Of a stretch of DNA of 64,000 nucleotides, positions 13,700 through 27,020 are shown piece by piece. The position numbers and the translations under genes were made by a program. The first letter of the stretch is position 1. Each line of letters opens with the position of its first letter. Below the pieces are notes generated by a model. It saw only the letters and a program-made list of their open reading frames with translations, did not search any database and had not been told where the DNA came from. The DNA is taken from contig NC_058368.1 in assembly GCF_018350175.1 (NCBI RefSeq), forward strand, positions 212,290,001 through 212,354,000. Direction: 5' to 3'. Origin of the DNA: Felis catus. Taxonomy: Eukaryota.

Positions 13700-14905
13700 G
13701 AGGGTACAGTCATGATTCAGATGAGTTGGTTGGGACTGCCTCCTGGCCTTTGGGGGCTCCATAGGCTGCTGTACCTACAGGAAGAATTAAAGATTGCTGT
13801 TCAGGTCAGAATGACTGATCCTGATTAGTAGAGGGCAAATAGGTTTCTGCTACATAAAGGAGGATTTTGTCAGGAATCCAGAATATTGACGAGCCATTTT
13901 ATAGTACTTCCTTACCTAATGTTTTACTCACTGGAAAACCCAATAAAGGCAAGGAAGGAAGGTTTGGGTCATCTACTTTTATCTAGTGGTAAAGAATCCT
14001 GTCCAGCCAAATTTCAACAAAGGCTAAGTTAACTTGAATAGATGCTATAAAAAGGAAGCTATGCTGGATTGGCTACATAATTTGTAGAACCCAGGGCAAA
14101 ATAAAAATGTGGGGCCCCTTGCTCAAATATTATCAAGAACTTCAGTATATCAATAGGAGAGTATTAACTAATTCAGAGAGCCCTTCTGAATTCAGGGCTC
14201 CATTTGGCCACACAGGAAACACACCTATGAAGCTGGTTCTGGTGCTATGATTACCAACTTAGCTTTTATGATCAGGAAGAAGTATGGATTGTAGCAATTA
14301 TGTTTTACATCACTTCTTTCTTTTTTCCCTCTTCACTTGACTTTTCCTTCTTTCACATATGAAGAATACCAGGGGTAGCTAACATTTAGGTATCGTGAGG
14401 GAATATTATTGAACCAACATTGCTCCATGATGCTATACAGTCTTAGGGGATTTCATATGTCTTTTGTGTTAGGGACATAAACTTTTCATATGGGGGAGAG
14501 ACTAGAGAAGCTGTTGAAGGGGAAAAGGTTTGTCCTGTATCCATAGACTTATGGGTCATTAGTTTCTTGTTGCCTCCAATTTATGGGACCCTCAACAGGA
14601 GATGGGAGGGCAGAGAACAAAACCATGGTATTTATTCCACCAGCACTTCCATGAGAGGAGGTTGACTTGGCCAGCTGATGTTTTACTGCTAAAGGTCACT
14701 GCTCATGTCAGGGCACTTCTTTCTACACAACTCTTTGCTTGTAGGTTCCAGTACAGCTGGCTTTTTTCACCCTTCCTGGCCTAGGAGTGGTTACAGATTT
14801 GCCACTATTACTGGCCCCAGGTTCTCTACACCTCGACTATCCTTTTATAACCTGCTGTAAATAAATACTTTAAATTACTCTAATTCAAGTTTGCCATCTG
14901 TTCTC
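13700..14905 (+). mobile_element. ERVL internal 3' remnant plus LTR33-like LTR, with nested MER45-like element (~14065-14221)
   Basis: gaaggtttgggtc motif of the ERVL 3' region; LTR end tttgccatctg..gggaccctg..tgat. Confidence 0.55.
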
Positions 14906-15731
14906 TGGTGGGACCCTGTGTGATGTATGTGTTTTTCATCTATAAAATAAGGATAAGAATAACACATGATTCTGGAACTTGTTGGGATAGTTAAATGAAA
15001 GTAGATGTATGAAAAGTACTTTGCAAACTCTAAAAGGCTCTACAAGTGAATTATGTTTGGGGAAATGAATGTTCTAGCTAATTACCCTCTCAGACTTATT
15101 CTAGGTTCATTAGGAACTATACTGATATATCCCTCTGAATTAATCTTCACTTTTGTCCTATCTCTTCTCTGCTGGGAACCTTACAATGGTCTTTCATTGC
15201 CTGGAGCAATGGTCGTCTTTATCCTAGCATTAAAACATCTTCACAGCTTGGATCCTAATCGCTTTCCAGTTTATGTTTCTTCTCTGCCCTTTAACTTTCA
15301 GTGAAATAGAGGTACCCCAGGAAAACTGACATATTGTTTTTCTGTGTCCTGGCCTATGCTCACTTGGTCATGTACTTACCATTCAGATCCATCTAACCAT
15401 TGCCATCTCTCAAAGCCTAGCATAAGACTTTAGCAAACTCATAGTTACCGTGTATTTCTAGAGCACATATTGGGTACACAGTTCTCTTGAAATTGAGCAA
15501 ATATTGAAGACCTTAATATGCGTCATGGCAGTTGAGAGGCACATTTTCAGTATCTCACCTCACCCTTTTTCTAAGCAGGCCTATAGGACCAGTGTGCGTC
15601 CCATTACTCATAAGGTGCCAGAAGCCACTTTCTTTCCAGAGACTTTTCTCCCTCCAAGATAGATAGAGATGGGATTCTTCTCACCAGTCAGGGGCCCTCT
15701 ATCTGCTGGATAGTCATTTACATATCAAGGG

Positions 15732-16190
15732 TGTTAACAAAAATCCAACTGAGTAAATTTGAAGATTTAATAGGTTTTATTAAGCTATTCATGAATCTGG
15801 CATCATCCCATCTAGCAAGTAGAGGGGAGCTTCCAGAGGAGTAGAACAAAATGGAAAAGGTTTTATGGGAAGAATGGTGGGACAAGAAGTCATTAGCAAA
15901 AAGAAATGTTTCAACCGAGGTTACTTTCCCTGAGAGCAGGGGTGGGAGTCTGTGGGGTGGGGGGCCTGGGGGTCTTATCATCAGATTACCTCATCATCCT
16001 TTGGGGGATGGAAGGGGCCTGCCTGGCAGATGACCTCATTGGGGCCGACCAGAAAATTCCTGATTGTTCTGTTAAAACTACATTTCTGAAGGAGGTTGAA
16101 ACTGCAATTAGATTAAGTATTAAGCCCTGGTTTGGGGATTTGGTGTAGCATAAGTGACTCCATCTTGGGCCTGTGTTTTTCTTTTTAACG
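15732..16190 (-). mobile_element. ERV1-type solo LTR (MER34/MER39-like)
   Basis: tgttaa...ttaac termini; caagatggagtcacttatgct motif on the minus strand. Confidence 0.65.
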
Positions 16191-16752
16191 GGTTCCAGTC
16201 TAGATGTCTTTCACTTAAATATATGTGTTCAAGGTAGAAATCTCATCTTAATAACAGCAACTACTTTTGAGCAACTCATTTAATCCTCTTAATTATTCTG
16301 CATAGTACTTCATCATGGAGGAAACAGATTTAGGAGAGTTAAGTGGTTTGTTCATTATTCAGTTAGTAAAATCAGGGCTAGGAATGGACCACAGGTCTAT
16401 TTGTCTCCGAAATTTGTGTTTCTTCCTCTCACAAACTCCATTACCCCAACATTAAGTTATTTCCTGGCAACAATAGATGATCATATGAAAGCGTATGAAC
16501 GCACTTCTGTTTCATTTTGATTTTAGTGTTTGTATCTTTTATCATTTTTAGTTTTTATTTTAATGTTTAAGAATATTGTCTCCATATTATTTATAAAGCT
16601 AACTGAAGACAGAAATGTTGTTTTATGTCACTGTATTAGGCATTGCACCTTTACCAAGGGTTGAATACATAGCATGTGTTTACCATATATTTATTGGTTA
16701 ATTGTTCCAGAAAGGTTTTCAAGGACAAATAGGTTATGTTACCTGTTTTCTT

Positions 16753-16783
<31 letters not shown>

Positions 16784-16961
16784 GTATATATATATGTATA
16801 TATATATGTATATATACATATATACATTATACATATGTATATACATATATACATATGTATAATGTATATACATATATATGTATATATATGTATATATACA
16901 TATATATACATATATATGTATATATATGTATATATACATATATATACATATATATATATAA
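16753..16961. repeat. (TA)n-rich compound microsatellite
   Basis: tatata/tatgta/tacata runs; source of several spurious Y/I ORFs. Confidence 0.95.
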
Positions 16962-17825
16962 TTAGATCACAATTGTAATTTTTCTTTGCTGAATGACAAT
17001 CTTGCAAGTGAAGAGTAATCTCAGCACATGGAAAACAATAAAACAAAACTGAAAGATGTTTAAAATTGTGTGTCTATAAGGGCCCACATAGAAATGGGGT
17101 AGTGGTAAAAGAAAGTCCTGGACAGAAAGGCAGAATTTAGAGATAATGGCCAATATATAAAGAGTTCAGACTTTTTACCAGGAGCACTGAAGAACAGTAA
17201 GAAGGAATGGGCCTATCAGATTTGTTTTAGGATTGTCACTCTGTCCCACAGAGAGTAGATTGTAGTGGTATGGAGTGGAGGCAGAAGGAAGTGGTCTTCC
17301 TTATTTGGGATCTAGCTTTACTTCCTTACCTTCTCCACACCTCCCTGTACTAGCCAGGATGCCTAATCCTGTTAATTAATGGGAAATTGGGTTTCCACTC
17401 TACAGTGGGTATGGGGAAGATTATGTTTAGGACCCAGAGAATCACTAGAGTACCTCATAATACTGCCATGACAAATAGTCCTGTTCAATGTAAAACTGTG
17501 GCAGTCCAATAAAGATAAGGTCAGCAAAGGCTTATATACCATGGAAATAAATTATTTGGATATCCCTACCAATTAAAGAATCCAGCTGAGATGCTATCAG
17601 AGGGTAAAGGGACTTTGAAGTAAGTGGGGGAAGAAGACAGCTTTAGGCTGGTGAGCAGCTATAGAAGTAGGGATTGTAGCAGCTGTGCTAGATATTATTT
17701 AACTTTCTTTTTCTCATTGTTTCCACCCTTCCTTATAATATGAAGAATAACGATGCTGGCTAACATTTAGTTTTCAGGTGAGAACGTGAATGAATGGGTA
17801 TCAGTCAGAATAAAATGGTTGCTAT

Positions 17826-18040
17826 GGGGGCGCCTGGGTGGCGCAGTCGGTTAAGCGTCCGACTTCAGCCAGGTCATGATCTCGCGGTCCGTGAGTTCGA
17901 GCCCCGCGTCAGGCTCTGGGCTGATGGCTCGGAGCCTGGAGCCTGTTTCCGATTCTGTGTCTCCCCCTCTCTCTGCCCCTCCCCCGTTCATGCTCTGTCT
18001 CTCTCTGTCCCAAAAATAAATAAACGTTAAAAAAAAAAAT
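17826..18040 (+). mobile_element. Young felid CAN-SINE
   Basis: Perfect TSD taaaatggttgctat. Confidence 0.93.
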
Positions 18041-18154
18041 TAAAATGGTTGCTATGTATTGGTGACACAAAGTTTTCATTTGAATTAAGGACAAGAATGC
18101 ATTCCTCAAGATCTACTTCCTACTCTTCCCCTGGGTCTGACTTGGAGACTGACT

Positions 18155-18750
18155 ATTATAGACTGAATGTTTGTGTCTCCCCAACAATTCATATGTGGCA
18201 ATCCTAGCCACCAATATGATGGTATTAGGAAGTGAGACCTTTGGGTGGTGATTATGTCTTGAGAGTGGAGGCCTCGTGAACAGAATCGTTGTCCTCATAG
18301 AAAGGATTGCAAAGAACTCTCTCACCCCTTCCACCATGACACAGCATGCAGACAGCCATCTGTGAACCAGGAAATGGCTCTTACCAGACATCACATCTGC
18401 TGGTGCCTTGATCTTGGATTTCCCAGCCTCCAGAACTGTGAGAAGTTAATTTCTATGTTTATATGCCACCCAGTCCATGGCATTTTATGGGGGCAATATG
18501 AGCAAATTAGACAATACCCTTATAAAAAATAGACTGTAGAGAGCTCTCTTACCCCTTCCACCATGTGAGAATAAAGCATGAAGACAGCCATCTATGAACC
18601 AGGAAGCAGCTCTCACTACACATCAAATCTTCTGGTGCCTTGATCTTGGACTTCTCAGCCTCCAACTATGAGAAATAAATTTCTGTTGTTTATAAGCCGC
18701 CTACCTACTCTATGGTATTCTGTTATAGCAGCCTGAATGGATTCAGACAC
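18155..18750 (+). mobile_element. MaLR LTR (MLT1A-like) plus a second partial copy
   Basis: gactgaatgtttgtgtctcc...tgctggtgccttgatcttgga; the 3' half recurs at 18515-18750. Confidence 0.8.
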
Positions 18751-18843
18751 TGACCTTCATCAAATGATCCTCTTGCTTTCTCAGTGCCCATTGGATTTTG
18801 TCGATGAGAAGCACCAGAAGGTGATCAGTAGGAGCGAGGGGGC

Positions 18844-19060
18844 TGGGGCGCTTGGGTGGCTCAGTCACTTAAGCATCCAGCTTTGGTTCAGGTCATGATC
18901 TTACCCTTCGTGGGCTCAAGCCCTGCATTGGGCTCTGTGCTGACAGCTCAGAGCCTGGAGCCTGCTTCAGATTCTTGTGTCTCCCTCTCTTTCTACCCCT
19001 CTTTCACTCATGCTCTGTCTCCTTCAAAAATAAATAAACATTTTTAAAAATTTTAAAAAA
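18844..19060 (+). mobile_element. CAN-SINE
   Basis: tRNA-derived head, (CT)n, A tail. Confidence 0.88.
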
Positions 19061-19417
19061 AGAAGAAGCAAAGGGAGTGAAATGAATATATGTATTTCTC
19101 AGTTGCTTTCTTTTAGGGTCTTCATGGCCTGGCTGCATCCCTTGATTGAATGTCATAGCCCTCATTAGGCTGTCCTTCCTAAGCAGCTCTCTGAATCCAG
19201 TGGTTAGAGAAATGCTCCCTCCAAATACCCCTTCAGGAGTAAAGGTGGTATTATTAGTACGAAGTAGTGCACTATCTCCTGAGCTTTCCCTATATCATGC
19301 TCATATCTTTGGAAATAGTCCTTTTATTAAAGTTTCTTCAAAATTACCCAGTTTGTGAATTCCAGCTGTTCTTGCCAGGATCCCAGTAATACATGAAGCT
19401 TGGAGTCAAGCTGACTT

Positions 19418-19873
19418 AAGTTAAGCCAGGTTTTATTTTATTTTATTTTTTTGAAATGAACATAACCTCAATATTTTATTGTCTTCAAAATGTAACAAAT
19501 ATGAAGCTTAGAACTGTATCACTTGGCCCGTTCTCTTCTTATCTCCTTCCAGCTCAAAATGCTTGCATCTCTTAACAGCCAGCATTCTCTTAGATCTGTA
19601 GCTGGGCTCAACACATTAAAGCCTCAGCATAATCTTCTTTGTAGTTTTAGCCTTTTTCTGGAAAGTAGGCTTAGTTTGCCCTCCATAGCCACTCTGCTTC
19701 CTGTCATAACGCCTCTTTCCCTTGGCATAAAGAAAATCTTTGCCTTTCTCGTACTGTGTCACTTTGGTGCTTGCCACACTTCTTGCAGAAAGTCCAGTGG
19801 GTTTTAGCAACATTCACCATGGCTGCAAGAAGGCTATCTGCACGGAAAGAAAGAGCAAGTTAAGCTAGGTTTT
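19418..19873 (-). pseudogene. RPL36A: RPL36A processed pseudogene, full length with TSDs
   Basis: Intronless CDS 19820-19508 ([19 protein letters not shown]...GQVIQF*) with an 8-nt frameshifting deletion and an internal TAA. Has a 5' TOP tract CTCTTTCTTTCC, an A-rich tail, and a TSD aagttaagc(c/t)aggtttt at 19418-19434 and 19857-19873. Confidence 0.95.
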
Positions 19874-20412
19874 AAACAGTAGTTACCACAGTGCCCTCTT
19901 GGGGTAGGAGGGTGGGTTCAATGCCTGGTGTCTGACACCCAGGGAGGGCTTAGAGACACTGGTCTAGAGACACAGCTCAGGCACTGACTCTTTACTTTTT
20001 AACTCATAGTTTTCTGCTTAATTTTGTCAGAGAAGAACCAATTGAGTTCTTCTAGAAACTAAAGCTCAAGTTTGATGCACACAAGAAATCATAGGCTCCT
20101 TGCCTCCCAGGAATTTGAATTTGAATAGCTTTTTGGAAGTTCTGGACCTCCTCTCCAAAGGGCATGCTTTCCTCTAAAGTGAGTTGTAAATTTGTAAATG
20201 TGTGTAATTTGTCTTTGGTGTTTCTCCCTTCTCATTTCTTTGTGGGGTACCTCTGCCATTCCCTGAAGGTACTCAGGAACCTCACATTCTTCTACGCACT
20301 TTTCTCCATGAAAACCAGCTTCCAGGAAAGGTTCTGAATTCATTTTCACTAAATAAATGACTGTTTGACTTTGATATGTTATCTCACTCAGATAGCACAA
20401 TCTTTTGTCTAA

Positions 20413-20636
20413 AGCAGGGTTTTTCTCAACCTCAGCACTATTGACATTTTGAGCCAAAATAATTCTTTGTTGGGGAGGGGGCTGTTCTATGCATTGTAGG
20501 ATGCTTAGCTGTATCCCTGGCAGCAACACACAAGATGCCAGTAACATCCTTCTCCTGGTTATGACAACCAAAAGTGTCTCCAGACATTGCCAAATGTCTT
20601 GTGGGGGCAAAATCACACCCAACTGAGAACACTGGT
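20413..20636. mobile_element. MER20 hAT DNA transposon (other copies ~3225-3415 and ~35440-35640)
   Basis: ttctcaacctcagcactattgacatttt...ttgagaacactg. Confidence 0.85.
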
Positions 20637-21011
20637 CTGAAAGGATGAACTTCCACCTGTGCATGTCTTTGGACATGATCAAATCTAAAGGAAAATTGTG
20701 TATTAAGGTAATAATCTGGAAATGCTTTTGAAAATGTAGACTTTGAGTGCTTATTGGTAAAGGACCACCTGTTCTAAGCTATTCTGGTTTTCTAACTGAA
20801 TGACACCACCAGCTCATTTTTATTTCAAACAAATCTGCGTGCGCACACACACACACACACACACACACAATCTGCACATATCCATGTTTTCCCTTAATGT
20901 TTATTACCTAGTGATGCAATTATGACGACTTGTGATTATGAATGAAAACATATTTTCTGTTTTGTGTAGGAATATATGGGTGATTAACATATATGTCTTT
21001 GAAATATCCTC

Positions 21012-21044
21012 TGTATTAAGGTTCTCCAGAGAAACAGAATAGGA

Positions 21045-21127
<83 letters not shown>

Positions 21128-21556
21128 ATTTGTTATCAGAATATCAGGAATTGGCTTACGTAATTATGGAGGTTAAGTCCCAACATCTGCAGTCAGCAAG
21201 CAGGAAATCTAGGAAAGTAGTGGTGTAAGTTCTAGTCTGAAAGCCAGAAGGAGATCTTCTGACCCAAGAGGAGCTGATATTTCAGTTGGAGTCTGAAGGC
21301 AGGAAAAGACCGATGTTCTAGCTCAAATAAATCAGGCAAGAGGAGTTCCCTCTAACTCAACCTTTTTGTTCTGTTCAGGCCTTCAATTGATTAGATAAGG
21401 CCCACACACATTAGGGAGAGTAATCTGCTTTACTCAGTCTACTCATTGAAATGTTTTTCTTAGAAACGTGCTCACAGACACAACCCCTGAAATGTTTTAC
21501 TGATGTCTGGGCACCACATGGCCTAGCAAGTTGGCACACAAAATTAACTATTACAC
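21012..21556 (-). mobile_element. MLT2-type ERVL LTR with internal (TG)n(GA)n
   Basis: tgtatt..ggttctccagagaaacagaa...aaaattaactattaca. Confidence 0.8.
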
Positions 21557-21789
21557 CTTCCCATTGAATTTTTGGATAATCCTAATTCATCTTCTCAAGA
21601 ACTGCCTTAGCAGGGTTGATACTGGGATTTCAATCTGAGCCACTGAGCTAGTTTGAGGACCTATATAGTTGGCTCAGTTCTTCTCAGCTTGCAGGGTCAA
21701 TTAAAGTGGAGCTCTCTGGTGGTATAACCTTTCTGGAACCAAATAGACCATGGTGGAACATTTATGCTTTCCCCTAGCCATAGTGACTC

Positions 21790-22005
21790 CCTATGTCTGG
21801 CAAGTTTTTCTGAAAGAGCCAGATAGTATATATTGTAGGTTTGCAGGCCAATACAGTATTTATTGCAACTACTCAACTCTGTCACTGTAGTGCAGAAGCA
21901 GCTATAGACACTATGTAAACAAATGGACTAGCAGTGTTCCAATATTTTATTTACAAAAAAAAACAGGTGGCTGGTCTGTGGACTATAGTTTACTGACTCC
22001 TGGCC
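21790..22005. mobile_element. MER58-type hAT element (others ~30300-30470 and ~54765-54950)
   Basis: caactactcaactctgtcactgtag...tagtttactgactcctg. Confidence 0.75.
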
Positions 22006-22474
22006 TAGAGCATTGTTCTCATCTGTATGGGTTACTGGCACTTCTGTATTTCAATGTACAAAAAAAAAAGGAAAAAAGATAATGAAATTTCTCAAGCTAA
22101 ATTTTGTAACGTCCAGACCCAGAAGTGGCATATAATCACTTCTATTCATGTCCCATTGGTCCAATCTTAGCTACATAGCTTCTAGGGAGGCTGGGGAATT
22201 CAGTCTCTACCTGGATAGTCACGTACCTGGCTTAATTTCTGTTAGGAAGAACAGATTTTAGTGGGAAACTAGCAGCCACAGCCACATGAGATGAACCACT
22301 TAGGAGGCAATTCTGCAAATTACATAAGTCTCTCCCTATTGCAAGTTTTATTTAATTAGGAAATTCTTTTTTCTTCATTTGAAATAATTCTCATAAAATA
22401 TTTTCTGAGGATGTTATATATAACTAAATAGTTATACACAATTTAGACCTTATACACATTAAGAAATATTCACT

Positions 22475-23109
22475 GGGGCGCCTGGGTGGCAAAGTCGGTT
22501 AAGCGTCCGACTTCAGCCAGGTCACGATCTTGCGGTCCGTGAGTTCGAGCCCCGCGTCAGGCTCTGGGCTGATGGCTCAGAGCCTGGAGCCTGTTTCCGA
22601 TTCTGTGTCTCCCTCTCTCTCTGCCCCACCCCCGTTCATGCTCTGTCTCTCTCTGTCCCAAAAATAAACGTTGAAAAAAAATTAAAAAAAAAAATTTAGG
22701 GGCATCTGGGTAGCTCGGTTGAGTGTCTGACTTCGGCTCAGGTAGTGATCTCATGGTCCATGAGTTCAAGTCCTACATCAGGCTCTGTGCTGACAGCTTG
22801 GAGCCTGGAGCCTGCTTCAGAATCTGTGTCTCCCTCTCTCTGACCCCCCTGCCCCCCGTCAAAAATAAACATTAAAAAAAAAGAATCATCTTTAAAAAAA
22901 TGTTTTAAAGTTTATTTTTGAGAGAGAGGGAGTGAGTGTGTGCAAAAGTGGGGGAGGGGCAGAGAGAGAGAGAGGGAAACACAGAATCCCAAGCAGGCTC
23001 CAGGCTCTGAGCTGTCAACACAGAGCCCAATGCAGGGCTTGAACCCACAAACCATGAGATCATGACCTGAGCTGAAGTAGGACACTTAACCAACTGAGCC
23101 ACCCAGGGG
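22475..23109. mobile_element. Cluster of three CAN-SINEs (+, +, -)
   Basis: 22475-22690 (+), 22698-22880 (+), 22895-23109 (-). Confidence 0.9.
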
Positions 23110-25395
23110 CTCTGCTTTGTTCTAAGCTATTCTGTGATTTGTACCTTTGGGAAGTTCACAATATGCTTAAAGAAATAAAATATCTCAACATAGAGGCTAT
23201 CAAATATTCAATTATGGAATCAGGTAATGCATTCTACAGGCATTTGGAGAAAGAGGAAGAGATAATTCATATTTCATATCTAGGATATGGCTTTCTATTC
23301 ACATCAAGTGATACTGTTGCCTTGTTTTACGTGGAAACAGTTGGGAACTAAATTTTAAAGACTTGTCCTCAATTGCTTTTTGAGCCACATATTTTAGTGT
23401 TATCAGCATTTATTTTCAAGGGACAGAAGCCCATTTAAGATAGTTTAAGCAAAAAGAAAATGCATGGCCAGATTCAGGGTATTTGAAAATGCCAGGCCAC
23501 TGTCTCTATCTCTGTTTTCCTTCATCTGCTCTCTCTTTTTAGGGGAGCTTTTTCCATGTGGCAGGAAGAATGGCCACTGACTATTCCAAGTCTGTGTCAT
23601 CTTTAAACATGTATAGCTCAAGATTCCAGACAAAGTGGAGGCATCTTTCCCAGTGGCTTCAGCAGAAAAGTCCCCAGACCAGTCACTTTGGCTAGGGAGA
23701 ACACAAAGTGATACTGGCCAGCCCTAGATCATGAACTTCTGGGGCTGAGAAAGACTCGGTCAGCCCCATCTGAGTGATGTGGAATAGAGACAGGTAGTTT
23801 TCCAAAAGAGAGTTGGGAAAAAATAGTTCAGTAAATTTGTCTTGTTTTTGGCCACACGTAAAACACAGTTACATTCTTATTTTATAAAATTACACAGTCC
23901 TCAATGAATTTAAAAATAATGTATTGACAGTATGTTATTAAACCTTGAGTGATAGTTAGGAAGATAGATGAAAGATAATAGATTTGAGCCTGAATGATAG
24001 GCTCAGTATAACTCTAGGTGCTGGGGCTGCAAAAATGAGTGAGAACTGGGGTCCCTAGCCTCATGAAACTCATGACTAATGAATGGGGTCAGTTAAACAT
24101 GTAAACAAACATTACAAAACAGTATGATAACCATCAACAGATAATGATCTTGCACAAAGGAATAAAATCTCCTTGGTCTTTTATGGTATTGTTTCTTGCC
24201 TTTGTTGGCTTTTGTGGGGAACATAAAATTGTAAAACACAAACACACCAGATTTAGAGTCAGTAGACTTTGGGTAACCTTTGGCTGTGTGTCTTTAAGCA
24301 AGGATATGGCCATTTTGGTTCTCAGTTGTCATGAGTGTAAAGTGAGAGGTTTGAACTAGATGATTGTCTAGATTCATCTAGGTTGCAAAATTCTAAATAT
24401 TTTAATGTATGAGATTGTAGTAATCAGTGATTACTGTAGTAATCAGTAATTCATTGGAATTGTTAGTCAGGATGTGTATAAACTAAGAAGCCACTAGATG
24501 TCGCTCTCTCATCGATTTTGTGCTATTCAGATCTTATTTTAAATGCCAGGATATCTGAGAGCTGAGTGGGACCTTAAAAATCATTTTTGTTCAATCATGT
24601 CAGTTAATTAAGAACAAAAACAGACTATTTGGACTAGATATATAAAATGACTTAGTCAATTTCTTGACTTCTAGTCCAGGGGACTTTCCTCTCTTTAAAC
24701 TGAACAATGCTTGGAAATGATGTTTTACATCAATTATCAACTTTGATAATGGTTTTTGTTTCTTTTTCTTCCTGAACTATTAATAAGAGCAATTTGGGGG
24801 CTAGATTATACAAATTTCTATGACTTAAAATTATACCATAACACTGGAACAAAAAAGTAACATTACTCAGAGATTACTACTTTGTCTTGTTTGAAAATAA
24901 TTCACAGGAGAATGTAAGAAATTGGGTAGCTGTGAATGAAAATGGAAATCAAAATTCACAACCACCTGGCTTATCTGAAGTTTAGACTTTAGCAACCTGA
25001 GGTTTTCCTTTCTTAACATGGCCCTGAATAGAAAGTAAGTTGAAAAGGGCTTTCTTTGAAAAGTGAAATCGCTTTAAGGTCTCTGCATCAAACCCATTAA
25101 CATTAATTTCTATATCATCCTTTGAACCTTATCTAACATGCAATTCTTAATGAACATGATTCATAATGAACCATAATCTAATTCTTGGTTTAGATGAGTC
25201 TGCAGGATTTGAAACAGAAACGGAACTATAAGAGGCAGGCCTATTAAAATAAGAAGCCACAGCAGATAGCCTGATTATAATAAGGGGGAAAAATGCTAGA
25301 CTCAAAAAAAAAAATCAAAACTATATTATACATCTTTGTAAAATGACAAGATCTTTATGATGACAACCTTGTGGCTTCAAGAAAAGGTTAAATTA

Positions 25396-25640
25396 GGGGC
25401 AACTGAGTGGCTCAGTCGGTTAAGCATCTGAAAGGCTCAGGTCATGATCTCACTGCTCATGAGTTTGAGCCCCACATTGGGCTCTGTGCTGACAGCTCAA
25501 AGCCTGGAGCCTGCTTCAGATTCTGTCTCCCTCTCTCTGCCCCTCCCCTGCTTGTGTTCTCTCTCTCTCTCTGGGTCTCAAATATATATATGTAAAAATA
25601 AAACATTAAACATTTTTTAAAAAGTTAAAAAAATAAAAAA
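25396..25640 (+). mobile_element. CAN-SINE
   Basis: TSD aagaaaaggttaaatta. Confidence 0.88.
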
Positions 25641-25684
25641 GAAAAGGTTAAATTACATTGCTATCCTTTGTGACATATAAGCTT

Positions 25685-26140
25685 TTTTTTTTTTAAGTTG
25701 AAGTATAGTTGACACCTGTTATATTAGTTTCAGGCATACAAACAGTGATTGGAAGACTCTATAGGTTATGCTATGCTCACCATAAGTGAAGCTGCCATCT
25801 GTCACCATACAATACTATTACAATACCACTGATTGTATTTCCCATGCTGTGCCTTTTATTTCCATGACTTATTCATCCCATAACTGGAAACCTGTGTCCC
25901 CCACTCTCCTTCACCCATTTTGCCCATTCCCCCATCTTCCTCCCCTCTGGCAACCATCAGTTTGTTCTCTGTATTATGGGTCTGTTTCTACTTTGTTTTG
26001 TCTTTTAAATTCTACATATAAGTGAAACCATATAGGTTTGTCTTTCTCTCCAGACTTATTTCACTTAGCATAACACCCTCTGGGTTCATCCATGTTGTTA
26101 TAAATGACAAGATCTTATTTTTTATGGCTGATTAATATTC

Positions 26141-26186
<46 letters not shown>

Positions 26187-27020
26187 CACATCTTCTTTGT
26201 CTATTCAACAATGGACACTTATGTTGCTTCAATATCTTAGCTGTTGTAAATAATGTTGCAATGAACATAGGGTGTATATATTTTTTCAAATTAGTATTTT
26301 AGTTTTTTTTTATGGGGGTGGTAATACCTAGTAGTGAAATTACTAGATCTTATGATATTTCTATTTTTAATTTTTTGAAGAATGTCCATAGTGTTTTCCA
26401 CAGTGGCTGCACCAGTTTACATTCCCACCAACAGTACATGAGGGTTCTCTTTTCTCTACACCCATGCCAACATTGTTATGTCTTGTTTTTTTTTTTTTTT
26501 TTTTTTTTTGATTACTAGCCATTCTGACAGTTTAAGGTGATATCTCATTTTGATTTTGATTTGTATTTCCCTGATGATGAGTGATGTTGAGTGTCTTTTC
26601 ATGTGTCTGTTGACCATCTAAATGTCTTCTTTGGAAAAATGTCTATTTAAGTCCTCTGCCCATTTTTAATTGTGTTATTTGGTTTTTGTGTGTGTGTGTT
26701 GAGTTGTATAAGTTCTTTATATGCTTTGGATATTAACCTCTTGTTAGATGTATCATTTGCAAATATCTTCTCCATTTCAATAGGTTATCTTTTCCTCTTA
26801 TTGACTGTTTCCTTTGCTGTACAAAAGCCTTTTATTTTGATGTAGTTCCAATAGTTTATTTTTGCTTTTGCTTGTCTTGCCTGAGGAAACATATCTAGAA
26901 AAGTGATGCTATGGCCAATGCCAAAGTTATGGCCTACGTTTTCTTCTAGGAGTTTTGTGGTTTCAGGTTTCACATTTAGGTCTCTAATCCATTTTGAATG
27001 ATTTTTGTGTTTGGTGTCCA
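25685..27020 (-). mobile_element. LINE-1 3' fragment (ORF2 end plus 3' UTR)
   Basis: ORF 26785-27021 SKWIRDLNVKPETTKLLEENVG...FCTAKET is L1 ORF2. Confidence 0.9.

Larger units (their letters stand above)
9950..20030 (-). pseudogene. TRIM60/75-like unit(s) 18, fragmented by the RPL36A retrocopy, ERVL/LTRs and SINEs
   Basis: RING CLSCVSRPVSLS..HCGNYCLK (19872-19990); B-box-like GTHTGPIGL..EIL (~15545-15605); QNEH (~11090); SPRY end LSEIA/QMNHKHIL (~10607-10675). Confidence 0.45.
20110..24500 (-). pseudogene. TRIM60/75-like unit 17
   Basis: TLKYVAQKAIEDKSLKFSSQLF (~23330-23400) vs TLKHLLREVEGKSVQSNLELL; SPRY end THIYKFTTHFRG..LW (ORF 20089-20682, ~20155-20205). The RING is only weakly visible. 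Confidence 0.55.

Noticed and set aside
16651..17046. Y/I-rich ORFs on both strands
   Set aside because: Translation of a (TA)n microsatellite.
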